Below are positions 36,040 through 49,082 of a stretch of DNA of 64,000 bases, in pieces. Location of the stretch: the NCBI GenBank assembly GCA_013265495.1, contig MU058384.1, positions 5,204,792 through 5,268,791 on the forward strand. Direction: 5' to 3'. Each line of letters starts with the position of its first letter. The stretch's first letter is position 1. The notes beneath the pieces are model-generated. The model had not been told where the DNA came from. It saw nothing but the letters and a program-made list of their open reading frames with translations, and searched no databases. This stretch comes from Vicugna vicugna. Its lineage: Eukaryota. Position numbers and translations under genes: made by a program.

Positions 36040-38180
36040 TGCTTTTCCAGATGAACAAGTCTATTTCTATACCTTCAAGTAACGATAAGTAATATGCTAT
36101 TGCTTTTCACATCTGTAAGTCCAGCCTGCATCTACTAATAGCCTACGTGCAGCTCCACTTGGATCTTCCTTATCCTGAGACTTGACATCTGAAACGAAAC
36201 CCACATTTCTCCTCAAATTGGTTCCAGTCCCTGTGTTTCCTTTCTTGGCGAATGGTTTTCCCACTTTGGTTACTTCACCCAGAAATCTAAGGGTCCTTTT
36301 CAACCATATCTTTCTCCTCCGTCAACTGTACGGGACCAAGTCCACTTGGTTCTACTTCTTTAACATCTCCGCGGTCTGTCGTCTCCTTACCATTCCCCCA
36401 GCTGTTGTTTCCACCCAGCTGTCATCGATCATCTTGTGCTAATTTCGATTTTGTCCCTTGTACAGCTGCCTGGGGGATCTTAACATGCAAATCTGGTAAT
36501 TTAGCACTTTATTGCTTAAAATTCTCCCATGATTTTCTATCAGCTTCTACAGATTAAATTCCAAACTCCATGGCACGCTGTAGACAATTCTCTTCCATTC
36601 TTGTAGGCTGGGCCATGCCTACCTGTTCAGACTCGTCTTGTACCGTGCCTCCGTGTTATAGCCCCAGCAATCATCATCATTATCACTATCATCAAAGTCA
36701 TGATGCTCCAGATACTGCATCAAGGACTTCCAAGTATTATTTCACTTACTTTTTGCTTAATTTTACTTAATTTTCACAGCACTCCTACCAAGTAGGTACT
36801 ATTACTATGCCACTTAACAGCAGTTGTAGTGTTCCCAAAGACACACAGGTAGAGAATTAAAATTTCCATATAAGTCTGCCTTCAAGAGCCCGGGTTTGTA
36901 ACAACCATGCCTCAAATTATGTCCATTTCACTTAACTACAGCACACTTCTTCTCCATGGCATTTGCACAAACAGTCTTGGTTGACTCTGCCTTCCTCTAC
37001 CTTGCTGTCATGCTTGTCTCTCAGGATACATCTCAGGAAGCCCTTCTACAAGGAAGCCTGCCCCATTTGGACACACCATGCCCTTCTTCAATGTCCATCC
37101 TGCCCCACTGCTCTGTTGTCCCTCCTGTGGCTCTTGATGGCACGTGTATTTTATCTGATGCCCCCTCTAGGCTATACATTTTTTGAGAGTAGGAGTATAT
37201 TTTATTATTTGTGACCTTCCATGCCTGGCCCAGTCCCTGAAACATGGCAGGCACTCAACAAATATTTGTTAAATCAATGAATGAGTACCCAAATGAACAA
37301 ATCAAGTGTGGGAACAGGGTCAAGGCTGAACTGACCCATCAGCTTCACAAAAATGAGTTGATAAAAGTCTTTACCTTTTATCTGGATTTCCCAGCACATG
37401 TATTCATTCATATACTCATTCATTCATCCTTTAAACATGCATTGACTGCTACTAAGTACCAGCTAATTCTGTGGATGCAAAGATGACTAAAAATAATTAT
37501 TTTCCTTGAAGAACTCACAGTGTGGGGGGATAAAGAATACTTGTTAGTAGATGATTATAATACAATGAAATATATGTTATAAAAGGGTTTTATGTAATAT
37601 AATAAGATAGCATAAAGAAAGGAGTGCCCACTCCATTCAAGGACACCAGGGAGAAATTTACAGGAGAACTTAGGAGCTGAATCTTGAAGGATGTGCAGAG
37701 GCCAAGTGGAAAAGTAGCAGGAGGGATGACTTCAGGGTTGTGGAAATATTTAGAATAAAGGGCATTTGAAGCAGCAAGAACATAAGTGCAAAAGCACAGA
37801 GGCACACGGGTTCATGATGCTGCTGGGGAGGGTTCTTCTGAGGGACACCTGAATAGGGAGTAAGGGTCCAGATCCACACAGATTTTGGGGTACTCCAAGT
37901 GGTGTGGATTTGACCCTGTAAACACTGGAGTACCACTGGAGGAGTTTGAGCAGGTGAGCGAAGTCATCAATATTGTTGGCTTTTACAGTGATCACCTTAG
38001 GATACAGGGGGAGAATTGATAAGGGTCTGAGTTAAGACAGCTTCTGAGAGAATGAAGAAAGGATGGATCTGATGGGCACTCAAGAGTAGAATGAACAGAA
38101 CTTAAAACTGAATAAATGCAGGGCCACCTCTGAAGAGAGATGTGGCAAAAGAGGAGTGAAGGTTAGTGCCATTAACTGAG
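36040..38180. mobile_element. Degraded L2 and MIR fragments
   Basis: L2 ends ggcactcaacaaatatttgttaaatcaatgaatga and cattcattcatcc; MIR-like gtaggtactattactatgcc. Confidence 0.6.
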
Positions 38181-41100
38181 CTTAGGGTACACGGTTCTAT
38201 CTCTTTAGGAAAAATAATGATCCAGATATAACAGTAGGCTAAAGAATTTTCTTTTTAAGGACCCCTCGTTGATTAAATTCGTAAGATTAAAAACTTTAAT
38301 TTTTTTGCATATGTTGCCTTTTACATATTTAAATACTTCGGTGGCAGAGATATGTTGCAACAATCCTTTTGATGGAGTCAGTCTCTCCCAGTGTGTGTCC
38401 CTTTGACCCAGGGTCTTCAGAGCCTTATGCCCCAAGGCTTCCCCGGGGACCGAGAAAGGCCCTGGCAGGCTGTGCTGCCAGCCACGTCTCCGCTGCATTC
38501 ACCATGGCACCTCCACTCTTACTTGTTCTAACACTGGCCTTACGTGGGGCATTTTAGAAAGAGCTCTGGAGCTTCACCAGCTCTGAAATCACTAGTGAAA
38601 TATCAGTAACTCACGCAGTATGTTTTCTTAAATTTAAGGGCTTGGCTGCAGTTCCGTGTTCTAAGGAGCTTCTTTGTCCTGTTTTGTTTTTGTTTCTTGT
38701 TTGGAAAATGGAGATCATGTCAGGGGAGAGGGGGGGAGTGCTCAGATTCACAAATCCGCTGTATTGTGCCTGATTGTTTTTAATTGCAGACAAGATTGTT
38801 TTAATCGCCACATATTTCTGTTTCCTAGTAAACAGACATCACACAATGATGCCTGTTTTTCTTAACGATGGAATTAAGCGTCTGCAGCCAGAGCAGAGCC
38901 ACGGGGCCCGGGCTGCTTTTTGGCCACCCGTCCCAACAAGGTGAAAAGTGAATGCCAGTCACAAATCAGCTGAGAATTAACACAAGCTGTTGTTTTTGAG
39001 TTTTCCAAATATTTTCCAGCTCCCTTTGGGTGTTTTTGTGTTTTGTACTCAAAATTCCCTGCCAGAAACCTCCCCCAATGGCATTCTTTCCTGGGTTCCT
39101 AACTCATATGGACAGCAAACCAAACTTCTCACAGTCCCTAATCTCAGGGAGAGATATTTGGTAAATATGAGATGAACAGTATACATATTTTTACCACTTT
39201 GGGGTTTACAAATTCATTAAAAAAAAAAAAAAGAAGAAGACCTCGCTCACTAACTGAGCTGGTCATCTGCTTCTGATTTGCATCTTTAGGATAGCGTTCA
39301 GAGACCAGAGACTCAAAATGTATCTAAGATGAAAATCACGACCCTGTGGAATTAGAAGGTATAGAAGTTGAGGAAAGAAGGCTAGAACAAGAGAGGACAG
39401 AAAGTTGGATAACCTTAAATAGAAGGAACAGATATATGCACATTGCTCTTTTTTCTGATTGATCTATTTATTGCCCTTGGACAGACTATTCTTGGAAAAA
39501 GTCTTTTGCTTCTAACCCTTTTGTTGAATACTGTGAATTTTCAGTATGCCTTTTCCCCAATGTAATGATCATTAAATTCTCTAGATAACAGCAAAACAGT
39601 TTTCCTTTTTTTTTCTCTCCCTACATTTATGGGTACTGCATTAAAATTGATTACAATAAATCATGTGTGTTAAGTACTAACCTCATTTTTCTTTCTTTTA
39701 TTCCTGTGACCAATGAAATGGCATAGATAGGACTGCCTTTGTGCCTCGGGGAAACAGAAAACAGAGATTGTCCATCTTTGCTAAGGAGATTGATGTCGTA
39801 GTCAATATCACTGTGGGACACCCGGGAAAAGCTGCCTCCTTCCTGCGCCACAACTCCTTTCTGATCATTAGCTCACCAGCAGCGGTAATCTCATTCCTTT
39901 TATTATTACGGCAAGGGAATGTTAAGCTTTCCGAAGTCCTTATTCAAAATGTTTGAGGAAAGACGGTGAGGTGTCAGAAAACAACAGATTCTCATTATAA
40001 TTCTTCTGCAAACCTCTTAAATGTCCTTGCAAAATGTTACTGTATTTGACTCAGTTTCCCTTTCACTTGGGGAGAGTAGGTGTTACGGACATCTAAGGTC
40101 TTAACTCAATCAACACAGTAGTAAAAGCTTTTCTATAATATTCTTTTCACATTTCATATTGTCTCACTGAACTTCAAAACATTGAATAAAACCCACTAAC
40201 AGCATAATCTAATGTTAGCTCTCCGCTTTGCAACAAGCCAGTTCCATCTTGCAGCTAAAAAAAAAGGAGGGGGGAAGGGGAAGAGGAGAGGAGGTGTGCT
40301 CAGTGTGAGATGGTTTATTTGCATTATTTAAAACCTATGTCCCATTTTTTTTATTTGTTGATTTTTAAACTTGGAATCTGTTCTGTGACACAGAATATGA
40401 AAAGATTTGGAAGGAAAAAGAAAAATATCTCTGAGTACATGACTTCAAATATTTTAACCCCCTTTGGTATGCACAGATAAAATCTATTGTAGCTTGTGTG
40501 TGGGATCTTGATTCTGTAGTTATGAATTATTTAAACAAAGTTTATGCAACATAAAGAACAATTGTCTGAAAATGTGAATAACTGTTCTCTTCCTTTGGTG
40601 CCGTAAATTCATTGGTGTTGTGAATGCCATGAAGGCATCCTTTATTCTCTGTCAGCCTAACTTTCTGCCTTGTTTTTCAGTTGGAATTTTGGCTGAGATT
40701 GGCACAGTCAATTAGTGAGTTTCAGGCTCAACTTGTTGTTCAGGGAAATGGTGTCATGTTGTGACAAAACAGTGACCTGTATGCCCCAAACAGCCTCAGT
40801 GACGTTTGGCTTCACTGTTGTTTCAACAAATGTTTGAAATTATAGCATCTGATTGATCGCTTTCCCACAAGGGAAGCGGGAAAGTGGCATAGGGAAGTAG
40901 CCCCAGGCTCTAAAGCTGTTGGAGCTTTCCCTTTGGTTTGACTTTTTTATATTTTAGGGTCCAGCTTAGCTTCCTGCGAATACTATTTTTTTTCCTTTTC
41001 CCTTCTAAAATAACTCATTATATCTGTGGCACACAGGCTTATTGAATTTCTTTATTGTCCATAGAAAAGATTCAGAGGGGAGGCCAGGAAATGAATGCAG

Positions 41101-41559
41101 AGTCATCTCTATCTCTGTTTTGGTCTCTGTCTTTGCCACTCTTTGGACTGGAGGACACATCCATTCATTAGTGATAAATATTAAATTCTGCCTTTAAAAA
41201 TATACAATGGGGAAGACTCAATTTGATGAGTTTAATAGGGAAAAAAGGCCCTTCTGGGCTAGTGGTGGACCACAAGTCCAAGGTGAGTGAGCTGCATGGC
41301 TGCTAGCCGGGCTGTAGGGCTGCTAGACCCCCTAGGGGTGGTCTCCCCTAGGGGCGCACCTAGAAAAGTGTCTTACAGTCACTGGGGCAATCATTGCGAC
41401 ATCTTCAGGCTTTCTGACAACTGTCTTTGTTTCCAGGCCCTACATTTCAGATGGGATTTGGCCGAAACTTAGCTCAGTGAAGAGTGACAGGAGAATTGGA
41501 ATAGTGGTACTTGAGTGATGGGCTAGGAGCCCAAAAGGATGCGATTTAGGATGGTGCAT

Positions 41560-41815
41560 AATTGCTCTTCCAGGTGTCTGTTTGCAGGCTACCAGGAGAA
41601 GGTCTTCATCATGGCTTCAGAGAGCAGAGTTCTGGCCAGCAGGTAGAATTATAGAAAAGTAGATTTCACCTTAAGGAAAGGATGCCTTCTATCGGGCCAG
41701 GCTTTCTAAAGTGGGTGAGCAGAGAGGGCGTGGCTTCTTCCGTTGGGAAGACGTGATAGGGATTGGACTGGACGGTCTCTGAGGAGCCTTCCAACATCAA
41801 GGTCCTCTGATTCTG
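41560..41815 (+). mobile_element. CR1/L3 LINE 3' end
   Basis: Terminal ttggactggacggtctctgaggagccttccaac...ctctgattctg motif. Confidence 0.6.
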
Positions 41816-42143
41816 GTGGTAAACATGAATAAATTCTCTTTGTCTCTAATTATGCTAAAATCCAGCTGTAACAGGCTCTCTACAAAAAACAAAGTGGAAA
41901 TATGTGTGAGGGAAGCACTTGGAGTAATTCTGGGGTTCTGAAACTAGGCTGGCTGGGTTTACTACTTATGAGACAATATACTTAACTTCTCAGTTTTCAC
42001 ATGTGTGGAGTGTAGTAGAATGCATCTATAGGGTTGTTGTAAGGATTAACCAAGGTTATTTCAAGGCGTTAGACAATCCTGGCACAAGAAGCCTCTCTAA
42101 TACTATTAGCTAGTATTGCCATCACCTGGGCACTTGATTGCAC

Positions 42144-42296
42144 CAGTCATGCCTCAGCATCCTCAGGGGACTGGTTCCAGGACATCCAAGGGATACCAAA
42201 ATCTGTGGATGCTCAAATCCCTGTCTAAAATGTCACAGTACAGTTGGTTCTCTGTATCCGCAGGTCCCGCATCTGCAGATATGGAAGACTGACAGT
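42144..42296. mobile_element. MER2-like Tigger MITE
   Basis: ggggactggttccaggac...ggataccaaaatctgtggatgctcaa. Confidence 0.8.
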
Positions 42297-43479
42297 ACCA
42301 AATTAACAGCATCTTAACCAAATTCAAGTAACTATACATTCATATTGTGGAGTCTTGATGAATGAGAGTCTACTTGGAAGGCTGGTCCAAATTAGCCCTA
42401 AGCTGCCTGTGACTGAATACAGAACGTCTAACTAGAGAACTTTTTGTACCATTAGCGGATAGTGATTTTTTTCTGACAAAAGAAATGCCAAAATGCATGA
42501 TACTGTTACTCAACTAATTGCCTTCACACTGAGCCCATAAACAATCTAGTTAACATTTCTGAGTCTCACCTAAAATATCAAGTTTTCCAATTTACTCACA
42601 CTGGCTAAACTCTCATTATTATTCTAATAACAAAGCTGGGGCCAGTTCGGGAAATCAGTGTGAAATGACTCTCCCTGAATTATAACCTAAATAAATAAAT
42701 AATGCCTGATTTAGAGCTAAGTGAATTAGAGAATGTTTAGTGCAAGCGTGGACCACAAGCATGACATAGCACAAGGGAGAAAGGGACAGTTTGGATCGAG
42801 AGAAAAACAATAGCGTGAGTAGTAGGTTATTAACGCTGCACCCTTTCAGTCATGTTTAACAAGACTTTTCTGATCAAAATAGCCTTGATTTGTACATGGA
42901 AACAGAGGATTACATTGTGGGTACCAAACTAATCCTTGTACATACAGCATCCTCAAGCCAAAGACTTCATTAATAATTGATTTTAGGGGGAATGTACAAG
43001 CCCACATGGGCCTGCCTTTTGCCGGCATGCTACATCATGATATACTGTTTGATTTATGAATAATTGTAGGGTGTTAGCTCTGGAAATAACCATAGATTGG
43101 AAGTTGGAGCCTGAATCAGGTGTTCTGATTCCTTTTGCAAAGCCTTTTATACTAAACATGTGTGGAATTTTTCATCAACAAAATCTGAACCTTGGATGCA
43201 GATGTGAAAATATGACTGTTCAATAATAGAAAGCACTTCTCCAAGCAGCTCACTGCAGGTGACCTTCAGATATTCTTGACTGCGTCTTCCAGGAAGCTTC
43301 CCCATAAGGCCAAATGTCTAGATCAGAGACCATGAAGATTAGGTTCAGAATTGTTCAATGAGACAGGTACAGTCCCTGGTAAGGAGGGAAAGGTCTCAGG
43401 TAGCCCAGGCCACAGCCCAGAACTCTGTCCAACATTGTGTAACATACCCACCTAGAAACTATAGTTTTATTACTCACAC

Positions 43480-44870
43480 TAACACCCAAGATGTCAGGTA
43501 GATTAGCAGACCATGACTCACCCAGGCATCTGGTTTGCCTGCCTGCTCACCTACAGAGAAGGCCACAGGTGTGCACCAGCAGCCCTGGGGCTCTATCCTA
43601 GCTCTGTCCTCCAGCATCATCCAGCCTCTCTGCTTTCTAACCTCTTGCCTTGGATATTTAAGGGTCATGTTTCTTCCTTGTCTATTTCAGTTGCTCTTTC
43701 ACGTTGACTGCCTGCTGGGTGTTCAGTTTGGCCCTGGGTCATTCTCAGCTCCATGATTTGGGGGGCCAGTACTACATCACTGCTGGCCCTACCTGACCTG
43801 TGTCTGGCAACCCAGACTCTCATTGTGTCTAGGAGGACATTCAATCCCTGAATTGTCAGTTGTGTGAATTTGTCCTAACTTACTGCCTGTGGCTGCAGTG
43901 TTGTCCTTGGGCTGTTGTGGCATTCCTTGCTGGGGGTCCACCTTCAATACCAGCTTATCCCTCATACTGCTAAGCACTCAAGGGAACACAGGGGGCATGG
44001 TACCCAGCCTCCTGTGTCAATAGCAGCCACTGGCAGCCGGAGATGAGGATGGAACTCATGCTTTCGGGACTTATCAGCGCCTTTCGTTACAGGGCAGACA
44101 AGTGTTCCCTAGGACCACGCAATGCCATGGCTCAACCTAGCAGGAGACAGCCAACAAGAAGCACCCACAGTCTCCATTGTGGGGAAGTGGATGCACTACT
44201 GTGGCATGGAACCTGGAAGTGAGAATAGGATGCGAGCTGGGACCACAGGTAAAGCCCTGGAAAGACCTCCTGAAAGTTTTGAGAGAGTGGCTCAACACCC
44301 AGAACTTCCCAGCCTTTCCAAAACTCACGTTCTGTGAGTCAAAGCCCACTTGACCCCTCTTTTGCACCCTCTACAAACATGGTGATTTCCTGCTCCTTCT
44401 TCTCAAAAAGGGGTATTTTCTTGCTGGCTATAAATGTCCACGGCCTTTTCACACCCGCAGTAGGTGTCCATCATCATGCTGGGTGGCCAGCCTCAGCTGG
44501 GCAAGGGGTCCATTTTTCATTGCTTAGCCCTTGGAAGTTCCCTCACTCCACTGGCTCTTGCCCTAATCATACCCCAGCTCTTAGCCTCAGAAAGAAGTGT
44601 GTCCCATTGCACTGAAGTGTGAGACTTGGGTGGTGTCATCAACCAAGGTCTGATCCATCAGACTGCTTTCTACCTCCTGGTTGGCAAGGACCCAATCACC
44701 TCCTGCTGGAGGAAACCAACTGTCTGTGGGAAGACTGTGTCAGTGTTTTATCATGAACTGCCTGTGCTTCTCTCTGCCCCTCTGATGACCCAGCCATCTT
44801 ATGGAGAATCACAGCCTCGCCTTTTGTCATCGTTGGTCCTTCTTGCTCCAGTGAGCTTCCACCCTCTCTG
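43480..44870. mobile_element. Possible degraded ERVL/MaLR internal sequence
   Basis: GC-richer block with motifs reminiscent of MLT-int; no ORF support. Confidence 0.3.
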
Positions 44871-45240
44871 AACCCATGGTGCTAGGGATTCCCGTCAAGC
44901 TGGGCCCACATAGGAAAGCATTTCCCGTTGTAAAGGAAGAAAAATCAATCCATTGTCCAGAGTGCTATTGTGAAATCACACTGGTGCTTGGCCTGTTTTT
45001 CTGCAAAATGGAATATACTCTTCTGAGTCTGAAACTGATGGGCTCCACAGATATGTGGATGCCAGCTCATAGATGGGGTTCATCCGGCCCCCCATCACTT
45101 AGAGCCAACATGCGACTCTGTGAGGTTGCTTGTCCTACGCTGTCTCAAGTTTCAAGTTTGGCATGTGACCACCAAGTCTACTTGGGGACCCCTGACTAAT
45201 ATTTCACAAACTTGGTTCACATGGTGTCTATCAGCCACGG

Positions 45241-45435
45241 CAGGCATTGGCAAACTTTTTGTATGAAAAACCAGGTTACTAAGTAAATATTTTAGGCTTT
45301 ATGGGCCATATTTTCTCTCTTGCAACTCTTCAATTCTGATGTAGAGCAAAAGCAACGTAAGGAATATGTGAATGGATGGGGTGGCTGTGTTCCCATAAAA
45401 CTTATTTATAAAATCAGATGGCAGGCCAGAATTTA
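45241..45435. mobile_element. MER58A-like MITE
   Basis: ttggcaaactttt...taaatattttaggctttatgggcca...ggctgtgttcccataaaact. Confidence 0.8.
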
Positions 45436-48400
45436 CAGATAGCTGAGATACTATAATACCCTTTCTAGACTGCCCCTGAGAAGTGTGCTAGTCAGGCTTC
45501 AGTAGAGTTTGGGGGCCACATTTTGTAAAGTTAAGCAAGTCATATAATAATAGAAAGACAAAATGTCAGCTGTTCCAGAACAGCTGTCCTGCCTGGGTCA
45601 GTCAAAGACATCCAATAGTTTCTGGAACTTTTCCCTTTGTTTCTATGCCATAAGGACCCTGCTTTCCTCTACCCCTTTCTCTTTTTCTCTGTTTAAATAT
45701 CAGTTCTTCTGGAAGGCCCTTACTGATTCACTCCCAAGAGCAGACTAGCTCTCTTTGCTCTTTGTCACCTGTAGGTTCCATAAGAGCAGGACCAGGATGA
45801 TTGTGGAGTGCAGTGCCCATGGTAGATGGCCATTGATGTTTTGATTTTTTTTTTAACAGTTGTTCAGTTGAAATCATTTCCCACACATGCGTCTCACAAA
45901 AGGGAGCCCCAATGAAGGTGAACTATTCTACTTAGCTGTGGCACCAACCTTGGCACTGTCGCCCTGGAGGTCTGGCATCTCTGCCTTACTGTGTGCTGGC
46001 ATCTGGAACCAGGGCTCTCAACAGACAGCCTCAGTCTACTCAGTCCCACTTTCCTTTATGAATGCTGAGAGTTTTCACTTCTCATTTATTAGGCAGTGAT
46101 AACCACAAAGCAGACACCCTCTCTTGGAAGGCCAGGTATGGAGAAGAGATTCTCCAGCTGAGACTTCCTTGGGCTTAAGGCTCTGTTCACAACTGACAGA
46201 CGGGAGCCAACATGGCCCCAGGCTGACAGCTACCTAATCCGGCTTCTGAGAGCTCCAGGCTTTGGAGGCAGCTCCGAGAAGAGCAGAGTGGCAGGGCTGC
46301 TGGCTCGAGAGAGTGGGAAGCTGAGGAGGCAGCCTGGCCCTGGGTCATTCCCGCCTCCCTGTGGTCCACCCGGCTACCACTCTTCTGGGAGAATTTAGAA
46401 GTGACACACCTGAATCTATGAGCTGACTGTCGGGCTGGACCAAGGAGAAGCTGTGAGTCCAGTGACTCTTTGTGGTCTGGCAGCTTTAGCAGCCTGGCTG
46501 TCCATTTTGTTCTCTATCACATTGTCCCACTAGAGCGTTCACTTAATGGATGGAATGTCGACCTCGACGTAAAATATTGTGAAAACAGCACTGGCCGAAG
46601 TACATCTGCTACTCATTTGAAGAGAAATACCAGCTCAGACACATATCTTATATTATCTTTGCCAAGGCATGGGAAATGGAGAAGAGCTTTGTAAAACCTG
46701 ATGCTTGAATGAACATAGTTAGAAATAATAGCAGGAGTGGCGGGGTGGTCTCTTGAAGCAAGATTCTCTCCTTGTTGTAACCAAAGTAGAAATAGGAAAC
46801 CCTGGGCCAAGTTCAGAAACAGAAAGTTCTTCAAAAGAAACACCGGCCTCTAGCTTACCAAGTTAGAGTTGTTTGCCAAGACTGTCTTTTGATGATCCCT
46901 ACTAGTGTATTATCTTTTCCTCTGACATCGATGGGACTGCTGCCTTCACAAAGCCAATGGAAACAGACTTCTCTACACACACCTCTGCTTTTCTGATGCT
47001 TAAGGTGATCTTTCTTGCTCCCTTACTCTTCAGCCCACAGTGGTTTACATTTGCCTTATTCTCTTTTATCACATCTTTTAGTCCGAAAAGTCTTTATTTC
47101 TTTTATGAGTGCTTTTAAATAGAATGCCTATCAAATTATTTTTTCATTTATAAAGCGGGCTCACGTTGAATGACAATGAGATGATTAAAAAGGACGATTA
47201 TGAATATTTAAATGTACTTTTAGAAGATTTATACAGGAACAAAATTGGAAGAAAACCCAGGAAGTTTCTAATTTAAAATTATTTTATCCTTCTAATAAAT
47301 ATTTCATGCTCTTAGCTGTCTTTCTTACAAAGAAATGGATTGGGAGCCAACAGTTCTGAGATCTTGCCCCAACACTGGCAAATAATTCATGTGTGGGGCC
47401 TCAGTTCCACCAGCTGTTCAGTGAGGGGGCTTTTTTTCTTTTTTTTTTTAAATGAAGAAAACAGCTAGAAGATGGCTAGACTGAATACAGTACTTTCACT
47501 TCCTGGAGACCTCGAAACACAGTCTTTTGCTGTCCCCCTTGCTATGATGGTATCTTATTGCATGTAAAGTCCAAGTTCTCCAGGATGGCATTAAAGCATC
47601 TTTGTATTCTAATCCTACACTGCCTTGTGCATCAATTCCCATTTGTCTCCTTGGGCCCCTTATTTTGTGAATACAGTCGACTGTTTGCTGATCCTTTATC
47701 ACATGTACTTTCTTGATTCTGGATCCTTGTTCTTACTGTTCCTCCATGTTGCATGCTGTTCCCATCTTTCTTTCTTCACAAAACAAAGGCCTGACTACCT
47801 TCAAAACTCAAGTCCAATGATTTCTCTATTGTGCAGCTTCTTCTAACCACAGCAGAATGATTCTTTTTCCTTTCCCTTTGAACTTACTTTAAAACAGAAC
47901 ATTCATCATATAAGAAACTTATTTGTTGATGTATTTTGTGTTCTATCTCCAAAATTTGGGTCTTGAGGGAAGGGGAACATAGTAAGAGATTGGTAATAGT
48001 TGAGAACATGAAAGATGAATAAATAGATGTACTTGTCTGACATTAACTTGCATACTTGTTCACAGAACTGTCCTGGGCAACACCCAGAATTATGTCAGAC
48101 AACAAAAGTGTTCTAATTTGTTGGTAGGAGGGGAAATGCAAGTATAATATCAGCATAGCTGAATGAAAAGCATAATCCAGATCTTTGTAAGAAAGGACAA
48201 CACTTCTTTGATTCAACACAACAATTGGCAAAAGGCCTGAAATCGTGGTTAAAAATGTTATTTTGCTGAAAACTCAGATCAAGAAACACTCAAAGGACAG
48301 CAGCCTGATGGTTATGGTCCTTGAGGAGGATGATTCCTGATGACTGTGTTGAAAGTTTGGCTCGAGAAGAGACTGAAGGATGCCAGTGGGCAAAGGGGTT

Positions 48401-48865
48401 ATGGAAGGGTACCGCCATGGGAGATATTTGGGTCTTGGAAAATTTAAAGAAGGGGAAACAATCCAGAAATATTGTCTTGGGCAATCAGGGACATCAGAGA
48501 TGGGAAAGGGAGCTGTTTTTCATTCCCTTGCATTGAGCTGGAGCACAGCTCACTTAGAAAACGGATAAATTGCCACTAGATGACGCTGTTTCCTCATTAG
48601 GCAGATGGGACATGTCACCTGGGTGGCCACACACCACACAGGCAAGAGTGCTGGCTTCAAGGCCTGGGATCTGCTTCCAGTCTCCTCTCAGGAGAGCCAG
48701 GCCTGGAAGGAACAGACCTCTGAGTCTTGCTGGGATCTTTCATTTGTAAAATAAAAAAATCCAGTACTGGTGTTTCTGAAATCTCTCTTATTACTTTAAA
48801 GATTTTATTTAAAAAATTTTTTTTAAGTAAAAAATTTAAATTTTAATTTTTTAAATGAGATTATT

Positions 48866-48866
48866 T

Positions 48867-48944
<78 letters not shown>

Positions 48945-48985
48945 TTCCTTCCTTCCTTCCTTCCTTCCTTCCTTCCTTCCTTCCT
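48866..48985. repeat. Compound (TTTC)n(TTCC)n microsatellite in a SINE tail
   Basis: Read directly; abuts the T-run of the minus-strand SINE. Confidence 0.95.
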
Positions 48986-48987
48986 CC

Positions 48988-49082
48988 CTTTTTTTTTTAA
49001 TGGAGATACTGGAGATTGAACCAAGGACCTGGTGCATGCTAAGCAAATGCTCTACCACTGAGCTGTTTGTTACATTCCCCAC
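48988..49082 (-). mobile_element. tRNA-derived SINE (Vic-1/CHRL-like)
   Basis: gattgaaccaaggacctggtgcatgctaagcaaatgctctaccactgagct. Confidence 0.9.

Noticed and set aside
39651..39870. Possible minus-strand coding exon with donor-like AG/GTTAGT at 39682
   Set aside because: In-frame stop just upstream, no ATG or convincing acceptor, no partner exons and no recognisable peptide.
48861..49082. Lys/Glu/Arg-rich ORF
   Set aside because: Translation of a SINE plus its microsatellite tail.
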